Positions 1 to 7,060 of a stretch of 12,261 bases of DNA are shown here, one piece after another. The stretch covers positions 1 to 12,261 of the forward strand of contig CAYLXZ010000024.1 in the NCBI GenBank assembly GCA_964388265.1, in the 5' to 3' direction. Both the position numbers and the translations under genes were made by a program. The stretch comes from Candidatus Micrarchaeota archaeon. Its GTDB lineage: Archaea; B1Sed10-29. How positions within the stretch are numbered: the stretch's first letter is position 1; each line of letters starts with the position of its first letter. A model generated the notes under the pieces. That model did no database searches, was not told the DNA's origin, and saw only the letters and a list, made by a program, of their open reading frames with translations.

Positions 1-1602
1 CAAGGATCACTGGAATACCTGATTATAATAGCAGGTGTATTAATCGTATCAGGATTAACCATCTACCTAGTAACAGGATCCGCAGGACAACAGAAGAAAG
101 AAATAGCTATACAGACCTGTAGACAAGCAGCAGCAGAATGCGATCTCCATAAATCAGCTAACCCAAACTCCCCATGTAACTTCTGCGAAGAACAATGCAC
201 ATTCAAAGATGGGTCAGAGATATTCAACGGATCAATAAAATGCTGTAAACTAGGGCAAGAAGACATGATATACCAGGGATCACCAGGATGCAAAGTCGCT
301 CCTACAGCGGATTTCTCTTACTCTACTTCAAACCTCACTGTAAACACAGACGCTTCAGGCTCATCTGACTCCGATGGAAGTATAGTTAGTTATGAGTGGG
401 ACTGGACCACAGATGGAGCATACGAAGACACAGGGAAAACAGCTGCTCATACTTATAGCTCAGAAGGAAACTACGACATAACCCTAAGAGTCACAGATAA
501 TGATAATGCCACAGATACCCATACCAAGACTGTGAGTGTTTCAGAAGAGACAGCAAGATGTGAAGAGGAAGGAGCAATATGCACCTGGTACGATCTTAAT
601 TCCACAAGAAACAATCTAAATGGAGACTATGCTTTGATGAATGGTTTAAGTGAGAGTACAGCGGGTTATGATGAATTAGTTAATACTTCTAAAGGTTGGA
701 TTCCAATAAGAACGTTCGATGGTTCTTTTGACGGTAAAAGCCATAATATAAGTGATTTATATATTAATAGAGAAAGTACGAGTTATGTCGGTTTGTTTGG
801 TAACACTAGCTCTGGTGCTAATATAATCAATGTTAGTTTAAAGAATTTTAACGTAACTGGCAATGCTTATGTTGGTGGTTTGGTGGGAGAGAATAGTGGT
901 AGTGTTTCTGGTTGTTATGCCACTGGATCTGTAAATGGCTCTGGTGGTGAACTTGGCGGTGCAGGTGGTTTAGTGGGAGAGAATAAAGGTGGTGATGTTT
1001 CTGACTGTCATGCTTCTGTTTCTATAGAGAGCTCTTCTATTGGTGCTGGTGGTTTAATCGGGAGTAATTATGGTAATGTTTCTGGTTCGTATGCCACTGG
1101 TTCCGTAAGAACGTCTCGTAGTAGTGCTGGTGGTTTACTCGGAGATAATATGAGAGGTAGTGTTTCTGATTCGTACGCCACTGGCTCCGTAAATGGCTCT
1201 GATCTCGTAGGAGGATTAGTTGGATATAATTTTGATGGTAATGTTTCTGATTCGTACGCTATTGGCTCCGTAAATGGCTCTAGTGATGTTGGCGGTTTAG
1301 TTGGATATAATTTTGATGGTAGTGTTTCTGATTCGTACGCTATTGGCTCTGTAAATGGCTCTGGTGATGTTGGTGGTTTAGTTGGATATGATAGTGATGG
1401 TAGCATATCTAACTCGTATTATAATAATGAGACTTCAGGGCAGGATGACATAGGGAAAGGTAAACCAAGAACCACGGATGATATGACCTGGACCTATTCA
1501 ACTGATACTTATCAAGGCTGGGACTTCACAAATGTATGGCTCAACGAAACTCATGGCCTTATCCCTGAAGGAGAATACCCAGCACTACAATGGCAGGGTT
1601 GA
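1..1602 (+). CDS. Type IV pilin-like (class III signal peptide) surface protein with Cys-rich domain, PKD domain and GLUG-repeat domain; 5'-truncated
   Basis: Frame 1 is open from base 1, upstream of the ORF-track start at 265, and reads QGSLEYLIIIAGVLIVSGLTIYLV, the mature N-terminus of an archaeal class III signal (Q+1, E+5, hydrophobic helix). It continues with 8 Cys (118-291), a PKD motif (PTADF...DASGSSDSDGSIVSYEWDW...HTYSSEGNYDITLRVTDND), GLUG repeats (VGGLVG.N.G.VS..YATGSV) and a GWDF..VW...YPAL tail. Confidence 0.85.
   Translation, partial: QGSLEYLIIIAGVLIVSGLTIYLVTGSAGQQKKEIAIQTCRQAAAECDLHKSANPNSPCNFCEEQCTFKDGSEIFNGSIKCCKLGQEDMIYQGSPGCKVAPTADFSYSTSNLTVNTDASGSSDSDGSIVSYEWDWTTDGAYEDTGKTAAHTYSSEGNYDITLRVTDNDNATDTHTKTVSVSEETARCEEEGAICTWYDLNSTRNNLNGDYALMNGLSESTAGYDELVNTSKGWIPIRTFDGSFDGKSHNISDLYINRESTSYVGLFGNTSSGANIINVSLKNFNVTGNAYVGGLVGENSGSVSGCYATGSVNGSGGELGGAGGLVGENKGGDVSDCHASVSIESSSIGAGGLIGSNYGNVSGSYATGSVRTSRSSAGGLLGDNMRGSVSDSYATGSVNGSDLVGGLVGYNFDGNVSDSYAIGSVNGSSDVGGLVGYNFDGSVSDSYAIGSVNGSGDVGGLVGYDSDGSISNSYYNNETSGQDDIGKGKPRTTDDMTWTYSTDTYQGWDFTNVWLNETHGLIPEGEYPALQWQG
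1162..1404 (+). repeat. Three tandem 81-bp (27-aa) near-identical GLUG repeats inside the CDS
   Basis: gtttctgattcgtacgc starts at 1162, 1243 and 1324 (period 81). The units translate as VSDSYA(T/I)GSVNGSxxVGGLVGY(N/D)(F/S)DG(N/S). Confidence 0.9.
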
Positions 1603-1627
1603 CAAGTACTTCTGAACTTCTTGAGCT

Positions 1628-2344
1628 TTATTTTAACTTAACCACTTTTTTTCTTCCTTTTTTCTCTCTTTCTATTTTTTCTTTCTCTTCCATGTTGCTG
1701 AGTAGTTCGCTGGTTTTGGATGCTGAGTAGCCGGTTTCTTCTTTTATGTCTCCTTGGTAGGCTTCTCCTCCTGCTTCTCTGAGCATGGTTAGTACTTCTT
1801 CTTCATCACTGGGTATGTGTTTTTTCCCATGGTTGCTTTGTCTTCTTTTTAAGAAGTAGGTTAGTGATAATAGAATGATGAGCGCTATTACAGCTAGGTA
1901 GATGGTTAGATCACTCACTCTGTCTTTGTCTCCAGGACCGTTCCTTGTAGTGGTTTTGTTCTCTGTTTCATTTCCGAGATCTTCCTCTGGACCTAGTACT
2001 CCTTCGTATTCTGGTAGTTCACCTGTATCTGGGAACACGTAATCTGTTCCAGGGGTTAGAACTAGGTCAATCTGCTTGGATTCGTTTAATGAGAGATTTA
2101 TATCTTGTTTCGCGGTTAAGTTACCGTAGCTAGCGTAGATAGAGTAGTTACCTTGATCTAGGTCTAGTGAATATAATCCAGATGAGTTCACGACTTCTTG
2201 ATGTATCAATGTGTCTTCTTCCTCTACCTGGATTAATGCTTGAACATTCTCCAGGTCATTCCACCTGTACACGGATCCATGCACCGTTGCCCCGTACACC
2301 GGTATGGATATCAGAGCCAGTGCCAGTAGAATCTTCTTAATCAT
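1628..2344 (-). CDS. Membrane-anchored winged helix-turn-helix protein (COG2512-like): signal peptide, extracellular beta-sandwich, one TM helix, cytoplasmic wHTH
   Basis: ATG 2344 gives a signal peptide MIKKILLALALISIPVYGA. A carboxypeptidase-regulatory-like beta domain follows (VHGSVY...SSGLYSLDL..GNYSIYA), then TM LTIYLAVIALIILLSLTYFL and a C-terminal wHTH (DEEEVLTMLREAGGEAYQGDIKEETGYSASKTSELLSNMEEKEKIEREKKGRKKVVKL). Confidence 0.8.
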   Translation of the reverse strand: MIKKILLALALISIPVYGATVHGSVYRWNDLENVQALIQVEEEDTLIHQEVVNSSGLYSLDLDQGNYSIYASYGNLTAKQDINLSLNESKQIDLVLTPGTDYVFPDTGELPEYEGVLGPEEDLGNETENKTTTRNGPGDKDRVSDLTIYLAVIALIILLSLTYFLKRRQSNHGKKHIPSDEEEVLTMLREAGGEAYQGDIKEETGYSASKTSELLSNMEEKEKIEREKKGRKKVVKLK

Positions 2345-2366
2345 CACATCAATTAACATCATGGAA

Positions 2367-2375
2367 TTATAAAAA
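2367..2375 (-). promoter_or_regulatory. Putative TATA box for the membrane HTH gene (leaderless or short leader)
   Basis: Minus-strand TTTTTATAA ends about 23 nt upstream of ATG 2344. Confidence 0.5.
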
Positions 2376-2441
2376 CCGAGCGCCATCCCAAGAAAAACTC
2401 CAGGATAAAACAACCTCTGAATATTTTTTAATAGATATTAA

Positions 2442-2503
2442 GAACCTTTGAACCTTTACGAATTAAATCGAACAGTTAGAGACTTTCATGAACTCAAAGA
2501 AAC
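2442..2503. promoter_or_regulatory. 10-bp-phased GAAC-like direct repeat array, putative regulator binding sites
   Basis: GAAC 2450, GAAT 2460, GAAC 2470, AGAC 2480, GAAC 2490 and AAAC 2500, plus GAACCTTT duplicated at 2442 and 2450. The array lies directly upstream of a BRE/TATA. Confidence 0.5.
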
Positions 2504-2505
2504 AG

Positions 2506-2520
2506 CGAAAGATTTAATAA
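2506..2520 (+). promoter_or_regulatory. Archaeal BRE + TATA promoter for the 2575-4087 operon
   Basis: CGAAAGA-TTTAATAA, with a strong Shine-Dalgarno GGAGGTG downstream at 2567-2573. Confidence 0.6.
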
Positions 2521-2574
2521 CCTTGAAAACCAAAGTAACGTGGGTAGAAACCCAATGAAATTAATCGGAGGTGT

Positions 2575-3876
2575 ATGAAAATGAGAAAAATATTTTCAAT
2601 CGCGTTGGCAGCTCTCCTAGCAGCATCAGTACTATCAGTAATAGGAGCAGCACCAACCCAAGCAATAAACGGACAAGACCAGTACGTGCCCGACGATGAC
2701 CAAGATCTCCCTGACCAACCAAAACAAGACCAATACAAAGGAAACTACACAGAAGATTCAGGGAAATACGGAGCAGTACCAGGAATTTCAGAAGGAATAG
2801 GAGAAAGAGTAAAACAGATAGCGAAGAACATGACCCAACAGATAAGAAAGAAGGTGAAGTCAGGTAACTTTACGGGAAAAGAGATCGCAGGAATAGCCAA
2901 ACAAATGGGAACAAGAGTAAAGACAGTGGCGATGGCACACGTACAAGAGATGAAGAACAAGACACAGCAAAAGATGGAGAAAGCAAAGAACAGAAGCAAA
3001 GCAGCTGAAATGGCTCTTAAAGCAGGAAAAGCAAGTAAATACGACTACGCATACGACAAATTCACAACAAAAGCACAAGAAATGATCAAGGAAGCAAAAG
3101 AAAGAGGAATAGATGTAGAAGAAATGAATGAAACACTGGAAAATGTATCTACAACATACGCGGAGATGTATGAATCCGAAAACCCAGAGCAAAAAGCAGA
3201 GGAAATGAAGCAGCTGGCTCAGAAATTCAGAGAAAAATTCCAAAACAAGACAGGAAACCAAGCAGAAGAGATAAAGAACCAGGCCAAACAAAGAATACAG
3301 AACCAAACAAAATCTCTACAGCAGATGAGAAACCACACCTGGAACAACATGCAGAACATGGCGAAAACAGTATTCGAAAACAGAGTAAAATCCGCTGAGA
3401 ATAGAATAAACGCAGTGAAGAACAACCTAGGCCTAAACACCAGTGACCTGGAAGCCAAGCTCCAGGAAATTAAAGACAAGAAAACCGAGCTAGAACAAGC
3501 ATACGAAGCAAAGAATAGAACTCAGGTAAAACAAGTAACACAAGAGATAAAGACGCTGTGGAAAGAGTTTAGAAACATGTACCAGAAAACCCATAGAGAA
3601 CAAGTAATGGACAAGACAATGGAAAGAGTAGAAGACACATTGAACAAAACAGAGCAATTGATGAACCAAGCGCAGAACAAAGGCCTATCAACCGCAGAGG
3701 TAAACGCAAGCCAGGAAGGAATAGAGAATGGCTTAGAAAAAGCGAAGCAAGCGATCCAGAACCAGAACTACGGCACGGCAAAAGAACACTTAAGAGACGT
3801 AAAGAAGAACTTCACGGAATACAGAGACAAGATACAGGGACTGGCAAAACAGATGAAGAACCAAGGAGGTCAATAA
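2575..3876 (+). CDS. Secreted alpha-helical / coiled-coil repeat protein of unknown function
   Basis: Sec-type signal peptide (MRKIFSIALAALLAASVLSVIGA), Q/K/E/M-rich helical composition, 15 N-x-S/T sequons and SD GGAGGTG. The true start may be ATG 2581, judged by SD spacing. Confidence 0.8.
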   Translation: MKMRKIFSIALAALLAASVLSVIGAAPTQAINGQDQYVPDDDQDLPDQPKQDQYKGNYTEDSGKYGAVPGISEGIGERVKQIAKNMTQQIRKKVKSGNFTGKEIAGIAKQMGTRVKTVAMAHVQEMKNKTQQKMEKAKNRSKAAEMALKAGKASKYDYAYDKFTTKAQEMIKEAKERGIDVEEMNETLENVSTTYAEMYESENPEQKAEEMKQLAQKFREKFQNKTGNQAEEIKNQAKQRIQNQTKSLQQMRNHTWNNMQNMAKTVFENRVKSAENRINAVKNNLGLNTSDLEAKLQEIKDKKTELEQAYEAKNRTQVKQVTQEIKTLWKEFRNMYQKTHREQVMDKTMERVEDTLNKTEQLMNQAQNKGLSTAEVNASQEGIENGLEKAKQAIQNQNYGTAKEHLRDVKKNFTEYRDKIQGLAKQMKNQGGQ

Positions 3877-3877
3877 C

Positions 3878-4087
3878 ATGAATAAAATCATACCAATAGC
3901 CGTGATCCTAGGGCTAGTTCTAACTCTAGGTTGCCTGGGTCCAGGAGCACCAAGTGAAGAAGAACCAGAGAACGAGACAACAGAGATGGAGCAATCAATG
4001 CAGGAAACCCAAGAAGCCCTGAACTCCGCGGTATCAGACCTAGAAGACCTTAACCTATCAGGCCTAACCGTAGAAGAAGACCTATAA
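3878..4087 (+). CDS. Small acidic lipoprotein
   Basis: MNKIIPIAVILGLVLTLG-C lipobox-like signal. SD GGAGGT lies in the end of the upstream gene, with a 1-nt gap between the genes. Confidence 0.75.
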   Translation: MNKIIPIAVILGLVLTLGCLGPGAPSEEEPENETTEMEQSMQETQEALNSAVSDLEDLNLSGLTVEEDL

Positions 4088-4094
4088 CCCGAAT

Positions 4095-4130
4095 CCCCTT
4101 ATCTCTCTTTCTTTCTCTTTTTCTATATTT
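4095..4130 (+). terminator. Pyrimidine/T-rich archaeal terminator
   Basis: ccccttatctctctttctttctctttttctatattt follows the stop at 4087 in an otherwise A-rich strand. Confidence 0.6.
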
Positions 4131-4183
4131 TGAATCCATTTTCCACCCAACAACTATAATTCACCGTAAACAAAATATAATTG

Positions 4184-5188
4184 ATGGATAGAAAAAAACT
4201 CCGATTCTACGCCAAGTACCCATTCACAGAAGAAGCATCCCAGAGAGTACTTAAAGACTTCGACCTAGATAACGTGAACGACGAATTCATAGAAAAAACA
4301 GAACACAGAATAGAAGCAGCCCTCAAAGACCAAGACGAACCCAGAAAACACAGAAAAATGATAGAAAACGCCTGGGAAGACACCTTAATCCGAGAAATAG
4401 TCAGCTACCCATTAACCAAAATAACAGCAGCCCAAACCCAAAGCAGATACATACAGAAAAAAGTCGCAGCAAACGAATCAAGCAACGTAAAACACTACCT
4501 ACAACTAGAGGACAAGGAAAAGATACACGACATAGCCAGAGAAATCCTAGAACTACAAGAAACAGAAGAATCCACAAAACAATACAAGATACCACTAGGA
4601 AACTACCTGAATAAGAAACCAAAAGACGAGAAATACAAACTCGTGAACATGCCGGTCAAAGACGGATACGTATACCTAGATCAAGATCACCTAACCGACC
4701 TAATATCCAGCCACGTCTACAACTCAATAGCAAACCAAGAAAAACTCCAAAACCCACCCGAGAAACTGAAAAAACTAGCCAACGAAGTCAAAACATACGG
4801 AGAACAAACCTACACATCCACAGACTACGGAGAAACACAGATAAAAGCCTTCCCACCCTGCATGAAGAAAATATACAACGACTTAAAAACAGGGAAAGAC
4901 GTAGGACACAGAGCCAGATTCGTACTAGCCACATTCATGGTGAACATAGGAATGAAAATGGAGAAAATGCTAGAACCATTCAGAGGACAAGAAAACTTCG
5001 ATGAGGAGAAGACCAAATACTACCTAAGACACTCAGCCGGAAAAGAAGGCGGAGGAACCGAATACAACGCACCAGCATGTGATAAAATGAAGTCATATGG
5101 GCTCTGCCCCTCAGACTGCAACACCAAACACCCACTAAGCTACTACAAATACAGGAAAAAGAAAATGAAAGAGGAGGAAGAAGAATGA
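4184..5188 (+). CDS. priL: DNA primase large subunit
   Basis: AKYPF N-terminus, YKLVN..VKDGYVYL, and a 4Fe-4S domain (FPPCM...H.ARF.LATF...Y.APAC.KMK.YGLC..DC..KHPLSYY). ATG 4184 is preferred over TTG 4181. Confidence 0.95.
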   Translation: MDRKKLRFYAKYPFTEEASQRVLKDFDLDNVNDEFIEKTEHRIEAALKDQDEPRKHRKMIENAWEDTLIREIVSYPLTKITAAQTQSRYIQKKVAANESSNVKHYLQLEDKEKIHDIAREILELQETEESTKQYKIPLGNYLNKKPKDEKYKLVNMPVKDGYVYLDQDHLTDLISSHVYNSIANQEKLQNPPEKLKKLANEVKTYGEQTYTSTDYGETQIKAFPPCMKKIYNDLKTGKDVGHRARFVLATFMVNIGMKMEKMLEPFRGQENFDEEKTKYYLRHSAGKEGGGTEYNAPACDKMKSYGLCPSDCNTKHPLSYYKYRKKKMKEEEEE

Positions 5189-6258
5189 GAGAGGTAAGAG
5201 ATAAAATAGGAGAATACTATGAGGAAAACACGGTTCCAGCTCCACCAAAGATAGAGGAAAGAGAGTTCGGAGCAGGAAACCAACAAAAAATAGACTTCAG
5301 ACACCTAACCTTCGAAAACCAAGCGGAACTCAACAAATACCTAGTATCCGAAAAACCCAGATTCATCTCATACTCCGCAGCATACTACGAATACCCAGGC
5401 GAAAGACCAATGAAGAAAAAAAGCTACAAGAAAGGCGACCTAGTATTCGAATTCGACGCCGACTGCCCACACGAAACACTAACATGCTACCAATGCCTAG
5501 AAGAAACCAAACAAGAAACCGAGAAACTAATAAACGACATACTCATAAAAGACTTCGGCTATAACGAGGAAGACATAGATATATACTTCAGCGGAAACCG
5601 AGGATACCACGTACACGTACGAAGCCCAAAAGCAAAGAAACTATCCTCCGAAGCAAGAAGAGAGATAGTGGACTACGTGAAAGCAAACGAACTCGAAACA
5701 CCAGACTTCAAACAAAACGGCCCAAGACCCAGAGAACAAGGATGGAGAGGAAAAATAGCCCGAGAAATCTATAGATTCGTAGAAGAAAGCGACAGAGAAA
5801 AAATGAAGGAACTAGGCATAAGCCCCAATAAAATAACCCATCTAGTCAACCAAAAGAAAGAAATCCTAAAAGGTATAAAGGACGGAAACTACGATACATT
5901 ACCAGGACCCAAGACTCTATGGGAAAAAGTCATGAAGAACCAGAAAGTAAACCTAACCGCAAGCATAGACCACCCAGTAACCATGGACACCTCCAGGTTA
6001 ATGAGGCTACCAGAATCAATACACGGAGGATCAGGCCTAATAGCCACAGAGATAGAAAACCTAGACAGCTTCCACCCATTCGAAGATGCCCTAGCCTTTG
6101 GAAAAAAACCACATGAAATCAAGATAACTGAAGATACACCGAAAATCCATCTAAATGGAGAAACCTATGGACCATACCAAGAAGACGATGAAATAGAAGT
6201 GCCTGAATACACCGCGATGTTCCTAGCCTGCAAAAAACACGCGAAACCAAGGTGGTAA
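5185..6258 (+). CDS. priS: DNA primase small (catalytic) subunit
   Basis: REFG, SYSAAYY..P, DLVFEFDAD, Zn knuckle C-P-H-x4-C-x2-C, FSGNRGYHVH and ID..VT.D.SRL.RLP.S.HG.SGL motifs. ATGA overlap with priL. Confidence 0.95.
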   Translation: MREVRDKIGEYYEENTVPAPPKIEEREFGAGNQQKIDFRHLTFENQAELNKYLVSEKPRFISYSAAYYEYPGERPMKKKSYKKGDLVFEFDADCPHETLTCYQCLEETKQETEKLINDILIKDFGYNEEDIDIYFSGNRGYHVHVRSPKAKKLSSEARREIVDYVKANELETPDFKQNGPRPREQGWRGKIAREIYRFVEESDREKMKELGISPNKITHLVNQKKEILKGIKDGNYDTLPGPKTLWEKVMKNQKVNLTASIDHPVTMDTSRLMRLPESIHGGSGLIATEIENLDSFHPFEDALAFGKKPHEIKITEDTPKIHLNGETYGPYQEDDEIEVPEYTAMFLACKKHAKPRW

Positions 6259-6274
6259 AAATAGGACAAACAAC

Positions 6275-6345
6275 CTTATCCCTCAAACAGAGCGATAAGA
6301 CGAAAAGCCTTATCCTTCCGCTAGGAGATAAGGAGGAAAGATAAG
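6275..6345. repeat. Two tandem CTTATC-N12/13-GATAAG inverted repeats plus an extra GATAAG half-site
   Basis: CTTATC 6275 pairs with GATAAG 6294, CCTTATC 6308 pairs with GATAAGG 6327, and a further GATAAG at 6340-6345 abuts ATG 6346. Confidence 0.7.
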
Positions 6346-7059
6346 ATGGACTATGAACAACTAAGAAAATACCAAAGAAAAGAAAAAAACACCGCGAAAC
6401 TAGTAGAGCTAAAAACAGGTTTCTACAACGAACTAAGCGACTACATATCCAGAATGGAAGCCAAATACAGAGAAAACATGGATCCAGAGCAGAAGAAAAA
6501 ACTAGAGAACATCAGGAAAGTCGCAAGAGATCTCTATAAGAAAAGAGAAAGAAAAATAATCTCCAGAACACTGAGCTCCACGAGCCTAGAAGAAGCGAAC
6601 TACAACCTCCTAGAAAGAGAGAAAAAGCTATTCAAACAAATAAAAGACAAAATAAGAAAAGGAAGAGCCGATCTAGACAGAATACTAGAAGGAGAAAAAG
6701 TAAAAACCAGCGAAATCCAACAAGAAGCAGCTGAAACCACTGAAGAAGAACCAAAAAAAGAAAAAGAAACATCAAAAACATCCGAAGGCCGAGAAACCGC
6801 TGAAAAAACAAAGAAAACAGAAGAAGAAACCGAAAAACCAAAGGAAGAAACCCAAAAAGAAAAAGAACCGGACGAAGGTTTAAATAAAGTCATGGTGAAA
6901 ATACTTAAAGAGGTCCCTGAATTCGTTTCTCAAAACCTACAGAAACTAGGACCATACGAACCCGAATCCACAGTAAAAGTACCGGAAAAAGAAGCAGAAG
7001 TCCTAGTAGAGAAAGGGTTCGCCGAAAGAAAAGAAAAAGAAACAAAGGAAGGTGAATAA
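6346..7059 (+). CDS. DNA replication complex GINS subunit (Gins15/Gins51 type)
   Basis: Helical A domain (LRK.QRKEK....LVEL...FY; R.RKII), long acidic linker, and B domain (VKILKEVPEFV...LGPYE....VKVPEKEAEVLVEKGFAE). It sits in the canonical position between priS and rpl44e. Confidence 0.88.
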   Translation: MDYEQLRKYQRKEKNTAKLVELKTGFYNELSDYISRMEAKYRENMDPEQKKKLENIRKVARDLYKKRERKIISRTLSSTSLEEANYNLLEREKKLFKQIKDKIRKGRADLDRILEGEKVKTSEIQQEAAETTEEEPKKEKETSKTSEGRETAEKTKKTEEETEKPKEETQKEKEPDEGLNKVMVKILKEVPEFVSQNLQKLGPYEPESTVKVPEKEAEVLVEKGFAERKEKETKEGE

Positions 7060-7060
7060 C

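Noticed and set aside
265..267. ATG 265 as the start of the PKD/GLUG protein
   Set aside because: The frame is open to base 1 and encodes a class III signal peptide, so the real start lies upstream of the window.
1162..1404. Possible CRISPR array or diversity-generating retroelement repeat
   Set aside because: The units are in-frame coding repeats without unique spacers, and there is no cas or reverse transcriptase gene in the window.
1068..1406. Repetitive antisense ORF (EPFTEPIAYESETLP)
   Set aside because: It is the mirror of the GLUG repeats on the opposite strand.
2345..2413. 23-aa N-terminal extension of the membrane HTH ORF
   Set aside because: It covers the putative TATA box, and the signal peptide starts cleanly at ATG 2344.
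2541..2554. TGGGT-agaa-ACCCA mini inverted repeat near the predicted transcript start
   Set aside because: A 5-bp stem is too short to tell from chance.
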